A stretch of DNA of 64,000 nucleotides from NCBI GenBank assembly GCA_013112575.1, contig JABFGG010000007.1, positions 184,934 to 248,933 on the forward strand, written 5' to 3'. Below are positions 41,191-50,597 of the stretch, piece after piece. A model generated the notes under the pieces. The model was given only the letters and a program-made list of their open reading frames with translations, had not been told where the DNA came from and ran no database searches. The position numbers were made by a program, and so were the translations under genes. The DNA is from Chloroflexota bacterium. Lineage in GTDB: Bacteria; Chloroflexota; Anaerolineae; Anaerolineales; UBA11579. Position 1 is the first letter of the stretch; each line of letters starts with the position of its first letter.

Positions 41191-41781
41191 TCAGAGTCCA
41201 AGCAAACTATCGAACCCAGACGGACTGATGATCTCAAATATCCCCAAAGCAAAGGCTACCAATCCAAGGACCAAAGCTGTGGCTGCCAAGACCAGCCCTG
41301 GCATTCGGGTCGTAAGGTCCAGCAAAGATGTCACACGGCGGCGAACCCCAAAAACAGATGGCAGACCATAGGCCACCAGAGAAAGTGCCGTGATGATGAT
41401 TGGGATACCGGGACGCTCCTGGAAAAAGGACAACATGCTATCCCCCAGGCCGAGCAAGAAGGCCAGGCCAAACAACACAATTGCCACACCAATGAAAACA
41501 AACCAGGATCCCCACACAATATTGCCGAAATTGTGTTTCTTGTCGGTTTCGTCATCGGACGGTTGCCTCTCGGGCAATTCAGGAGCATACAAGGTTTCGA
41601 TGCCCAACAAAGCCATGCCAATCCCTACAAGGACTATGCCGCTGCTGAACAGCCATAGGGTCGTCCAGCGCCAGCCACCGTATACAGCGGCAATGCCCAC
41701 CAGGGTCAATATCCAGGCTGGTGTGCCCAGTCTGGGTGCAATCTGCTTTAGCCTCGCGGAGAGGGTTTTATTATTTTCCAT
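41191..41781 (-). CDS. Hypothetical polytopic membrane protein
   Basis: About 196 aa from ATG 41781 (MENNKTL..), with 5-6 predicted TM helices. I recognise no family. It overlaps the upstream DUF1992 gene end by 11 nt. Confidence 0.4.
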   Translation of the reverse strand: MENNKTLSARLKQIAPRLGTPAWILTLVGIAAVYGGWRWTTLWLFSSGIVLVGIGMALLGIETLYAPELPERQPSDDETDKKHNFGNIVWGSWFVFIGVAIVLFGLAFLLGLGDSMLSFFQERPGIPIIITALSLVAYGLPSVFGVRRRVTSLLDLTTRMPGLVLAATALVLGLVAFALGIFEIISPSGFDSLLGL

Positions 41782-42223
41782 GTACTTGTATACGTTTGAG
41801 TTCCCCATCCAGGTTCACCAGCTCTCGATAAAATATATCCGCCGGAATCACAAGATTGTAATCAAATATCTTTTTATTGATCTCTTCGATGCGTTCACGG
41901 AAGTTACGCTCTACGCGTCCCCACTCGGCTGCCACCATATCTTTTTCTTCGCCGTCTTCTATAGCACGCTGCTTCCATTGCCAACTGCGCGCCAACAACT
42001 CACGCGCCTGAGCCAGTTCCATTTCAATGGCCTCGCGCCGTTCAATGAACTCCGGTGCGTAGCCGCCCTTCTTGAGCATATCGTGGGCCAACGCCCATTC
42101 AGGATCTACAAATGGGTTGTTCTCCAATTGGATGGGTTGACCTTTACCAGGCAGGTTATCGAACTTGCCCTCCTCCATAGCCTTGCGCACCTGCTCATCT
42201 ACTCCACGACTTCGTTTAGACAT
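41771..42223 (-). CDS. DUF1992 (DnaJC28-like) domain-containing protein
   Basis: 150 aa. AMEEGKFDNLPGKGQPIQLENNPFVDPEWALAHDMLKKGGYAPEFIE is the typical DUF1992 core. Confidence 0.75.
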   Translation of the reverse strand: MSKRSRGVDEQVRKAMEEGKFDNLPGKGQPIQLENNPFVDPEWALAHDMLKKGGYAPEFIERREAIEMELAQARELLARSWQWKQRAIEDGEEKDMVAAEWGRVERNFRERIEEINKKIFDYNLVIPADIFYRELVNLDGELKRIQVHGK

Positions 42224-42319
42224 AACTTCCTTATTCTAATCACGAATAAAATAAATCAAAGAAAATAATTCTGTGTATTCGTGCTATTCGTCTATTGGTT
42301 TCATTTGTGATTAAATTAT

Positions 42320-42826
42320 CTAGGGGACCGTGAAAGTAGCCTGCACAGTCCCATCCGGGTCCAGCAAGCTGGCCTGCTCCCCTTCCTCCCAGATCGGTAC
42401 GTCCAGTCCCCAGTACAACTCAACCACAGTCGTAGCCCCAGGCTGGGTGAAGACGGTCACGGCCCCGCCATTGATCATGGTCAGTGCCGGAAAAAGGAAG
42501 CTGTTACCCTGTGAGTCCTGCAACTGCCAGTTTTCTAATGATAATTCTTGGTCACCAATGTGACGGATCAGCACGTGCTCATTTTCCAGGTCACCGGCCC
42601 CCACCACGCTGGCGATCTCCAACTGGCCGGAAAGGTTCCCGCCTGCCACTGAGTCTTCCGGGACAGGTTGCTCCCCATTTTCGCTAACTGGCACATCAGG
42701 CAAATCATCAATGGGCACAGCGGGTTGGAAGCGATCGCCGAACAGCCACAGCACCAGCAAAACCGTCACCGCCGAGACGATCACGTTGAGCAGTAAATAA
42801 GAGCCAAGTCGTCGCCAGTTCTTCAT
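42320..42826 (-). CDS. Membrane-anchored lamin-tail-domain (LTD)-like protein
   Basis: 168 aa. N-terminal TM, then an LTD-like segment: ENEHVLIRHIGDQELSLENWQLQDSQGNSFLFPALTMINGGAVTVFT. Confidence 0.55.
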   Translation of the reverse strand: MKNWRRLGSYLLLNVIVSAVTVLLVLWLFGDRFQPAVPIDDLPDVPVSENGEQPVPEDSVAGGNLSGQLEIASVVGAGDLENEHVLIRHIGDQELSLENWQLQDSQGNSFLFPALTMINGGAVTVFTQPGATTVVELYWGLDVPIWEEGEQASLLDPDGTVQATFTVP

Positions 42827-42900
42827 GATTAATTATCTTAGCATAACTTGCCCCTTCTCATTTGTCCTTGTGACTTCCTTCCTTATCACCCAATTGCCTC

Positions 42901-43485
42901 ATGTATAATCCAACAATAGCTATGGCAGATAAAGCCGTTTCGACATTTTCACGTATTGGCATGGTCGCCAGGTGGCGACCAGTGCACTTGGGCCACACGC
43001 CCGTTTTGCGCGCCCTATGCCAAACCGCTGAGAAAGCCCTGATAGGCATCGGCAGCAGCAACACTTACGATTATCGCAATCCATTTACACTCGAAGAAAC
43101 CAAAGATATGCTGCGGCTGGCGCTAGTGGATTACAACAATTACACATTCATCGCCGTGCCTGACCTGTTTGACGGCCCACGCTGGCGTGATATGGTCCAG
43201 GAGTTATTTGGTGACTTGGACGTGTACGTCACTGAAAATCCCTACGTCACCGACCTGATGAAGGGGATTTATAATGTCATCAAGCCCGTTGAATTGGTGC
43301 CGGACGATGAAAAGATACCCTTAAACGGCACTATGGTGCGCCAGGCCATGGCGCGTGGTGAAGACTGGCAAGCCATGGTCCCACCAGAAATTGCCTCTTA
43401 CATAGAAAACAAAGGGCTGGACGAGCGTTTTCGCACCGAGTTTGGCCTAGAAACGCTGGCAAAACAAACAATGACATCACACTGA
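42901..43485 (+). CDS. Archaeal/NadM-type nicotinamide-nucleotide adenylyltransferase-like protein
   Basis: 194 aa. It aligns by eye along its length with archaeal NMNAT: ARWRPVHLGH vs GRFQPFHKGH, LIGIGSSNTYDYRNPFTLEE vs [21 protein letters not shown], and LNGTMVRQAMARGEDWQAMVP vs [21 protein letters not shown]. Confidence 0.7.
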   Translation: MYNPTIAMADKAVSTFSRIGMVARWRPVHLGHTPVLRALCQTAEKALIGIGSSNTYDYRNPFTLEETKDMLRLALVDYNNYTFIAVPDLFDGPRWRDMVQELFGDLDVYVTENPYVTDLMKGIYNVIKPVELVPDDEKIPLNGTMVRQAMARGEDWQAMVPPEIASYIENKGLDERFRTEFGLETLAKQTMTSH

Positions 43486-43495
43486 GGAGAGTTCT

Positions 43496-44458
43496 ATGTA
43501 TTCATGGGATGAAGATACCAGCACCTGGTACGGCAGTGGCAGTTACAGCTATGGCCCCGGCGGATCATCGGCCCGCAGTGCCGCAGCAGCCCGCGCCAAA
43601 GCCAGCGGCCCGCGTACCTACGAAAAGCGCGGCAAGCCCAATGAGAAGATCATCGACCCCAAGAAACATATCACCACGGAGTCGAGCAACCCCCTGATCA
43701 TTGCCGTAGATGTGACCGGATCGATGGCCTCCTGGCCTTTTGAGATCTTCGACCGTCTGCCCCTGCTCTACAACACCCTCTCACAATACCGTGAAGACCT
43801 CGAGATCTGTTTCGCCGCTATCGGCGATGCGCGTGTCGACCAATGGCCCCTGCAGGTGACGGATTTCTCCAGCGGCTTTGATCTCGAACAATTGCTCGGC
43901 TCCCTCTATGGCGAGGGCGGTGGCGGTGATGCACCGGAGAGTTACGGCCTTTTCGCCCATTGGGTAAACACGCATGTGAAAGTCCCCAGCCTCAGCGAAG
44001 CACCTTTCATGATCGTCTTTGGTGATGTTTACATGCACCCTCAGGTTTCCAAATCGGCCATTAGCCATTATCTGGGCGACAAAGTCGATAAAGATGTGGA
44101 CGCCATCAAAGCCTGGCAGCAGGTCATACAAACGTGGAACACCTGGTTCCTGCGCCGCCCGCATGGCAAGCCTGGCGACAAGGTTGACCAGCAATGGGGC
44201 CAGGCTGTAGGTGAGCAGAAGGTCTTCCACATCACCGATAAGCAGCGTGCCGTGGACTATGCCATGGGTCTGGTCGCTCGTTCCTGGGGCCACTTCGGCG
44301 ATTTCCAGGACAATATGCGCGCCCGACAGAGCGAAGACAAGGTCTCGGAGATCAGTAAACCTATCGAAATGATCTGCCCGCGTTGCGGTGCGCCCATCCC
44401 GGTGGATGCTGGCGGTATGTTCACCTGCAGCTACTGCGGCACCACGCTGAAGATCTAA
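43496..44458 (+). CDS. vWA-like (MIDAS) domain protein with a C-terminal zinc ribbon
   Basis: 320 aa. MIDAS-like DVTGSM..., later GGGGDAPES. C-terminal CPRCGAPIPVDAGGMFTCSYCG. Confidence 0.5.
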   Translation: MYSWDEDTSTWYGSGSYSYGPGGSSARSAAAARAKASGPRTYEKRGKPNEKIIDPKKHITTESSNPLIIAVDVTGSMASWPFEIFDRLPLLYNTLSQYREDLEICFAAIGDARVDQWPLQVTDFSSGFDLEQLLGSLYGEGGGGDAPESYGLFAHWVNTHVKVPSLSEAPFMIVFGDVYMHPQVSKSAISHYLGDKVDKDVDAIKAWQQVIQTWNTWFLRRPHGKPGDKVDQQWGQAVGEQKVFHITDKQRAVDYAMGLVARSWGHFGDFQDNMRARQSEDKVSEISKPIEMICPRCGAPIPVDAGGMFTCSYCGTTLKI

Positions 44459-44470
44459 CCCTGGCTCATT

Positions 44471-45379
44471 TTGGCACCTGCTTCCTCCCCTCTCCGCACC
44501 ATCGTCACCGCGCCACCTTACGCTGACTTCCTTCCTGAAGTCGCCGCGCACCCCATCGTCAGCGGCCTGCGGCTCAACACCGTTATGCCGCTCAAAGAAA
44601 GCCCGGCAGAAGCCCTGGAACGCCTCCACAAACTGGGCCAGCCTATCTGGGTGGACCTAAAAGCGCGCCAGTTGCGCGTTGTCGGAGCTGCCATTCCTCC
44701 CTATTCTGAAGTGCGCGTCAGCCACCCCATCAAAGTGGATACACCCGTAGATGCCTTTTTCTCCGATGGCACAGAAGCTGTGCGCATTATGGCAGTAGAC
44801 GGCGACTGCCTCATACTTGCTGATGGGCCGCGCCGCCTGGTTGGCCCCGGCGAGTCGATTAACATTATGCACCCTTCGTTGGAGATCTTTGGCACGCTCA
44901 CCAAACGCGACAAAGGGTACCTGGCCGCCATGCAAGAGTTGGGCATGAACAAGGTCATGCTCTCTTATGTCGAACTGGAAAGCGACGCAGCAGAGGTCAA
45001 AGAATTACTGCCAGAGGCAGAGATCGTGCTCAAGATCGAAACGGAAAAAGGTCTGGGTTTTGCGCGCCGGCACGGCAGCGCCCATGGCCAATTGATGGCG
45101 GCACGCGGCGACCTGTACGTTGAGGTCTTGCGTCCCCACCGTATCGTCAGTGCCCTGCGTGATATCGTCCAGGCCGACCCTAGTGCCATTGCTGCCAGTC
45201 GTATCCTCGACTCACTCGCTTACCATCCCATTCCCGCTTCGGCAGATATCAGTGACGTCGGTTTTTTATGGTCGCTTGGCTACCGCACTTTTATGCTGGG
45301 GGACGCGGTTTGCCTGCAGCGCGATAGCGTCATGGAAGCCTTGAACTTATTAGAAGCCTTAGGCCAAGAGTTGGCATGA
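44471..45379 (+). CDS. Short pyruvate-kinase-like (PK barrel only) protein
   Basis: 302 aa, TTG start. Blocks correspond to PK active-site segments: GLRLNTV (RxN), VDLKARQLRV (DxKGPxxR), KIETEKG (KIExxxG), MAARGDLYVEV (ARGDLGxE), and ASRILDSL..PASADISDVGF (ATQMLESM..PTRAEvsDV). There is no C-terminal regulatory domain. Confidence 0.55.
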   Translation: MAPASSPLRTIVTAPPYADFLPEVAAHPIVSGLRLNTVMPLKESPAEALERLHKLGQPIWVDLKARQLRVVGAAIPPYSEVRVSHPIKVDTPVDAFFSDGTEAVRIMAVDGDCLILADGPRRLVGPGESINIMHPSLEIFGTLTKRDKGYLAAMQELGMNKVMLSYVELESDAAEVKELLPEAEIVLKIETEKGLGFARRHGSAHGQLMAARGDLYVEVLRPHRIVSALRDIVQADPSAIAASRILDSLAYHPIPASADISDVGFLWSLGYRTFMLGDAVCLQRDSVMEALNLLEALGQELA

Positions 45380-46908
45380 AAGTCGCTCTTGCCCAGATCA
45401 ACACCACTGTTGGCGATTTGGCGGGCAATGTCGAACTGTGTTTACAAGCCATTCAGGCCGCCAAAGAACAAAATGTTGACTTGGTGGTGCTGCCGGAAAT
45501 GGCAGTAACAGGCTACCCCCCACGCGACATTCTCTTTGACAGCAGTTTTATCGAAGCTGTGCAAGCTGCCAATGCCGATCTGGCAAAACGCGCTGAAGGT
45601 GGCCCGCCAGCCATCGTGGGCAGCGTAATCCCTGCCGACCGAAAACAAGCCTATCATCCCAGCCTGTTTAATGCTGCTCTGCTACTACACTCGGGTGAAG
45701 CCAGCCTGGCCGCTGCTAAGCAGCTACTGCCATCCTACGATGTCTTCTACGAAGACCGCTGGTTCCTGTCCGGTCCATCCTCTTCCCCGATTGACATTAA
45801 CGGGAAGAAAGTGGGCGTGCTGGTATGCGAAGACCTGTGGGATGAAGGTTATCCTGTCCATCCAGGGACACAATTATTGAAAGAGGGAGCGGAATTATTA
45901 GTATGCATCAACGCTTCCCCCTACCATCAGGGCGCGTTAGCCAATCGCCAGCATCACGCCAAAAGGCAAGGTGCCCCCATCATCTACCTCAACCTGGTAG
46001 GCGCTACGGATGAACTCATCTTTGATGGGCGCAGTTTCGCGCTGAATGCTGATGGTGACATTATCGCCCAAGCCCCGGCATTTAAAGAAGACCTTTTGAT
46101 CGTTGAGTTTGATGACAGAGAAGCGCAAGAACTGCAGGAAATGAACCTTGCCGAAGAACTTTACCAGGCCATCGTCCTGGGCATCCGCGACTTCGCTGGC
46201 AAGAATGGTTTGAAGAAAGCTTTCCTTGGTCTCTCGGGCGGCATTGACTCGGCAGTTGGTGCAGTGGTGGCAACTGAAGCTATGGGGCCAAAAAACCTCA
46301 CCGCCGTGCACATCCCCTCCCGCTTCACCGATCCACGCTCTATACAATACTCCAAAATTCTGGCAAAAAACCTGGGCATTGGCTACCAGGAAGTCGCTCT
46401 TGACGCAATCCACAGCGCCTCTGAAACTGCCTTGAAGAAACTGTTGGACGGCGGCACGACCGCCGAAAACATTCAAGCTCGCCTACGAGCCATGATCCTC
46501 ATGGCTTTCGTCAATCATCACAGCGGCATACTGCTCAATACCAGCAACAAGACCGAGTTAGCCCTGGGCTATGCCACCTTATACGGCGACATGGCAGGTT
46601 CACTAAGCCCCTTGGGCGACCTGACCAAGCCGCAGGTTTATGCTATAGCAGAATGGATCAACCGAGGCGAGGAGATCATCCCCGCCTTCATTATGGACCG
46701 TGCCCCCTCTGCAGAACTCAAGGACGACCAGGTTGACCCTTTCAACTATGATGAAGTTGGCCCCAAGATGGAAGCCCTTGTGCAGGCCAACCAAAGTGAC
46801 GCTGCCATGCGCCGAGCAGAGCATAAACGCTGGCAAATGGGCGTCATCCTCAAGCTCAGCGAAAAAGCCTTTGGCACTGGTCGCATGATCCCCATTACCC
46901 GTCGCTAG
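45376..46908 (+). CDS. nadE: NAD+ synthase, glutamine-hydrolysing (nitrilase domain + NAD synthetase domain)
   Basis: 510 aa. N-terminal CN-hydrolase (KVALAQINTTVGDL, LPEMAVTGYPP, VCEDLW) and a P-loop-like SGGIDS in the C-terminal synthetase domain. The start overlaps the upstream stop (ATGA). Confidence 0.9.
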   Translation: MKVALAQINTTVGDLAGNVELCLQAIQAAKEQNVDLVVLPEMAVTGYPPRDILFDSSFIEAVQAANADLAKRAEGGPPAIVGSVIPADRKQAYHPSLFNAALLLHSGEASLAAAKQLLPSYDVFYEDRWFLSGPSSSPIDINGKKVGVLVCEDLWDEGYPVHPGTQLLKEGAELLVCINASPYHQGALANRQHHAKRQGAPIIYLNLVGATDELIFDGRSFALNADGDIIAQAPAFKEDLLIVEFDDREAQELQEMNLAEELYQAIVLGIRDFAGKNGLKKAFLGLSGGIDSAVGAVVATEAMGPKNLTAVHIPSRFTDPRSIQYSKILAKNLGIGYQEVALDAIHSASETALKKLLDGGTTAENIQARLRAMILMAFVNHHSGILLNTSNKTELALGYATLYGDMAGSLSPLGDLTKPQVYAIAEWINRGEEIIPAFIMDRAPSAELKDDQVDPFNYDEVGPKMEALVQANQSDAAMRRAEHKRWQMGVILKLSEKAFGTGRMIPITRR

Positions 46909-47000
46909 CCAATCCAACTTGCCAACACCACCAAGCAACGGTAGACTGGATTATTCGTAGTAATAATTACCAATTGTTGTTTGCCAATCACTAAACCACC

Positions 47001-47465
47001 ATGCACATCTTCCGCCGCAAACCCCGTGCCGAAAAACGTCCTCGCCCCTGGGCAGTTACTGCCGCGGCACTGTTGCTGCTATTAGAAAGCACTGGGCTCA
47101 TCGCCCTGACAGTTCACGACTATCCTGCTCCAGAAAGCATTGATTTTCAAGTCAACAGCATTGGTGGCTTCTTCGACCTGATGAATGTCATCCTGTCGCC
47201 CCTCACCTACGGCTGGCTGGGTTTACTCGGTTTGCTGGCCTTTATTGGGCTGCTACAAATGCGCTCCCGCGCATGGACCACGGCCATGTTCGTCCAGGGT
47301 GGTGTTTTGCTCTCTGCGCTCATCCTTTACCTGCGCAGTAACCCGCCCTTCACATATCCTATGATGCTTTTTGGTATCTTTATGGTCTTCTACCTGCATT
47401 ACAACGACGTCCAATCAGAGTTTCGCTCCGGGCGGCAAGTCGAGAACGGGAACGGCCCACAATGA
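47001..47465 (+). CDS. Hypothetical small membrane protein (4 TM)
   Basis: 154 aa, hydrophobic. I recognise no family. Its stop overlaps the next gene start (ATGA). Confidence 0.4.
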   Translation: MHIFRRKPRAEKRPRPWAVTAAALLLLLESTGLIALTVHDYPAPESIDFQVNSIGGFFDLMNVILSPLTYGWLGLLGLLAFIGLLQMRSRAWTTAMFVQGGVLLSALILYLRSNPPFTYPMMLFGIFMVFYLHYNDVQSEFRSGRQVENGNGPQ

Positions 47466-49315
47466 GCCAGGAACAAGATCAGGCTCTGCTGAAACGATTC
47501 GAGCCGGTCATACGCTACACACCCGGCGAGCAATTCTTCCCCATCGACGTAGATAGGTTTGTACGCCATTGCAGTTTGTGGGTACAACGACCCGAACAGC
47601 CGCCCAAGCTTATCGTTCCTGAGGGTGAACTCACCCTGGAGCAGCTAGGCCAACCACGGCTGGATGATTTTGGTTCCGTACATTTCCTCAAATTCATCGA
47701 CCCGCTCAACCTGAGTGACCTGGCGCGCTATCGCCTTAAAGAAGGCCTGCGCTACCTGCGCCGCGAAGACCCCAAAGATGTTTTCCATGCTGGACGCGGA
47801 CGCCTAGCACGCGTGGGCTACGGCTCAAGATTCATCGATGCCTTGTTTTCCCTGACACTCGTCATGCGCGGCCGCGTTCCCGGCGATATGGCTGCTGCGG
47901 CAGCCCTTACGCATAGCAGCATGTTAGAAGAAAACGAATCCTATACCTATTACGGGCGCGTCGTCCGCCGCGATGGTTGGGTCGTGTTGCAATACTGGTA
48001 CTTCTACCCCTTCAACAATTGGCGCTCCGGCTACTTTGGCGTTAACGATCACGAAGGTGATTGGGAGACAGCTTGCATCTATTTATATGAAAACGATGAG
48101 GGAGAAGTCAAACCCGAATGGGTAGCCTACTCCGTACACGATTTCACAGGCGACGATCTGCGCCGCCGCTGGGATGACCCTGAGGTCAAGAAGATCGGTT
48201 GGCATCCCGTCATTCATGCCGGGGCCGGTTCGCATGCCGGTTATTTCGAGGCAGGCGAATACCTGACCGAGATCGAACTTGCGATTCTATCGCCCATCGC
48301 CAACCTGGCACGTTGGATCGAGCGCCTGACGCGGCGGGCACTGCGCCTCTCCCAGAGTGAAGAAGATAGCCTGGCCAGCCGATTTGCCTTTAATTTCTTC
48401 CGTGTCCCCTTTGTCGATTATGCCCGTGGTAATGGGGTTGCCATTGGGCCCTACCAGAAAAAAGAATGGACCCAGAGAGTATTGCTTGACCCGATACCCG
48501 ATTGGGTCAGCAATTTCCGCGGCCTGTGGGGTTTTTACGCCCGCGACCCGATTTCCGGTGAAAACGCCCCCGGTGGGCCGATGTATAACCGTGATGGCAG
48601 TGTCCGCCGTTCCTGGTATGACCCGCTCGGTTGGGCCGGGTTGGACAAGATTCTACCCCCCAACATATCCGTGCAACGCGCCCGCCAGCGCCATATCAGT
48701 ATCCGGGCTAATAATGATGAACTGGCGAGAAGCATTGAATCGAAGAACCTGCTATTGCATGACCTTGGTCTGGAGATGAAGGCCATGCTTGGCCAGCCGC
48801 ATCTCCAAAAGCTACACGATGATTATGAAGAACGTATTGAGCTTCTATCCAATGAAGTAGATGAAATGCGTGCGCAGTTAGCCAAGGATCAAGCCCTGCT
48901 GGAAGCCCTGGAACTTTATGCCAGCGAACATGAGGAGGGTTTGCGCGGCCCCATGCGTGCACATATCCGCAGGCCGCACCATCGCAGTTCGCAAGCCGGC
49001 TTACGCCGCAGCATGGTTGTGGAAACCTGGTCGGCCATCAGTATTGGCCTGGCAATGGTCAGCTTTGTGGGCATCATCCTCTTTGCTCGCCAATACATAT
49101 TTAGCGGCATGATTATCCTGATCTCGCTGATGGTCTTTGTCGAGGCCAGTTTCCGTCGCCGCCTGGTCAATCTGGTCAACAGCATCACCATCGCCCTGGC
49201 CGTCGTGGCCGCCCTGGTGATCATCTTTGAATTCTTCTGGTTGATCGTTGAGGTAGGAGTTTTGTTTGCAGGTATGTACATCATCTGGGAAAACCTGCGC
49301 GAACTCTGGACTTAA
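47462..49315 (+). CDS. Vps62-related domain protein with a coiled-coil and C-terminal TM helices
   Basis: 617 aa. N-terminal FEPVIRYTPGEQFFPIDVDRFV and core VLQYWYFYPFNNW..GVNDHEGDWETACIYL (Vps62/DUF946-type HxGDWE motif). A coiled-coil region spans roughly residues 400-480, followed by 3 C-terminal TM helices. Confidence 0.45.
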   Translation: MSQEQDQALLKRFEPVIRYTPGEQFFPIDVDRFVRHCSLWVQRPEQPPKLIVPEGELTLEQLGQPRLDDFGSVHFLKFIDPLNLSDLARYRLKEGLRYLRREDPKDVFHAGRGRLARVGYGSRFIDALFSLTLVMRGRVPGDMAAAAALTHSSMLEENESYTYYGRVVRRDGWVVLQYWYFYPFNNWRSGYFGVNDHEGDWETACIYLYENDEGEVKPEWVAYSVHDFTGDDLRRRWDDPEVKKIGWHPVIHAGAGSHAGYFEAGEYLTEIELAILSPIANLARWIERLTRRALRLSQSEEDSLASRFAFNFFRVPFVDYARGNGVAIGPYQKKEWTQRVLLDPIPDWVSNFRGLWGFYARDPISGENAPGGPMYNRDGSVRRSWYDPLGWAGLDKILPPNISVQRARQRHISIRANNDELARSIESKNLLLHDLGLEMKAMLGQPHLQKLHDDYEERIELLSNEVDEMRAQLAKDQALLEALELYASEHEEGLRGPMRAHIRRPHHRSSQAGLRRSMVVETWSAISIGLAMVSFVGIILFARQYIFSGMIILISLMVFVEASFRRRLVNLVNSITIALAVVAALVIIFEFFWLIVEVGVLFAGMYIIWENLRELWT

Positions 49316-49348
49316 TAGCTAATAACGTCGAATCCCCCACCAGTTTAT

Positions 49349-50203
49349 TTATTTCTTTGCACTTACTGCTGCAAAACCTGCGGCGTTAGGCCCAATGTGC
49401 GCCCCGATCACTGGTGTGACGCCGACCAGTGGGACCTCACCATCTGGCAACAAATCCTCGATCTCTGAACGTAAAGCCTTAGCTTTTTCAACGTTATCTG
49501 TATACACCAGCGCAAGGCGTTCAATTGGAGCACGCTCATGCAATAATTCACTAATGCGCTGAATAGCCCGTGCCGAAGTACGCACTCGTTCTGTACCTGC
49601 TACACCATCGTACATGGTCAGTAGCGGCTTGAGCTGCAACACATTGCCCATGCCCGCCACCAGACCGTTGACGCGTCCACCGCGCCGCAGGTACTCCAGC
49701 GTATCCAGTCCCGCCACCACAAAGGTACGCTTGATCTGATCTTCCAATGACTTCAAGATGGCATGCATGGACTCGCCAGCACTGGCCATGCGTGCCGCCG
49801 CTTCGACAAGGAAACCACTACCCATGCTGAGTTGCCGTGAGTCGAAGACAGTGACTTTAGCAGCAGTGAATTCTTTGGCAGCTACACGCGCCGCATCCAT
49901 CACCGCGCTGAGGCTTTCGGAGATGTGAATAGAGAGGATCTCTTTAGCTCCTCCAACAGTCAGTTTTTCATAAACCTCACGATAACTGTCCGGGCCAGAT
50001 ATGCCTGTGGTGGGATGGGGGCGGTATTGAGGCAAGTTCTCATAGAACTCAGCACGCGTGATGTCCACCCCATCCAGATAACCTTCGTCACCTACATTGA
50101 TGTAGAGCGGCACGATGCTGATGTCGTATTTATCGATGATGTCTGGGGGCAGGTCGCAGGTGCTGTCTGCCACGATCTTAATGGTCATATTTACCTGCTT
50201 CAA
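49349..50203 (-). CDS. DegV family (fatty-acid-binding) protein
   Basis: 284 aa. KIVADSTCDLPPDIIDKYDISIVPLYINVGDEGYLDG, ILSIHISESLS. Confidence 0.85.
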   Translation of the reverse strand: MKQVNMTIKIVADSTCDLPPDIIDKYDISIVPLYINVGDEGYLDGVDITRAEFYENLPQYRPHPTTGISGPDSYREVYEKLTVGGAKEILSIHISESLSAVMDAARVAAKEFTAAKVTVFDSRQLSMGSGFLVEAAARMASAGESMHAILKSLEDQIKRTFVVAGLDTLEYLRRGGRVNGLVAGMGNVLQLKPLLTMYDGVAGTERVRTSARAIQRISELLHERAPIERLALVYTDNVEKAKALRSEIEDLLPDGEVPLVGVTPVIGAHIGPNAAGFAAVSAKK

Positions 50204-50252
50204 TTATTTAATTGCTTGCCTTTTCAGAGCAATTTTATCAAATAAAGCATCT

Positions 50253-50585
50253 TTATTGAGCAGACACCCGCAGGCTGCATTCCGGTGGGTCCGCAAAGGG
50301 GTCAATGGATTGCACTTCAACAGTGTAGTTACCCAGGTCGAGGTCCTCGGCAACGGATAGTTCACTGCTATGTTCTTCCCCATCCACTTCCACCATCAAC
50401 ACCACAAAGGGAATTTCGCCGCCTTCGGTGAAGTCACGGCCGATGCTATCCACGCGGATGAGGATATCCGCGTCTGCCACTGTCGCCAACTCTCCCACAC
50501 TCAGATCAAAGTTCTCCCCCACCTCAGCACGTGAACCACATGCTGCCAACAAGAACACCACAACCAGTAACAAAAAACGTTTCAT
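50253..50585 (-). CDS. Small lipoprotein, unknown function
   Basis: 110 aa. Signal plus lipobox FLLAAC. Confidence 0.5.
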   Translation of the reverse strand: MKRFLLLVVVFLLAACGSRAEVGENFDLSVGELATVADADILIRVDSIGRDFTEGGEIPFVVLMVEVDGEEHSSELSVAEDLDLGNYTVEVQSIDPFADPPECSLRVSAQ

Positions 50586-50597
50586 GTAGATTGCTCC

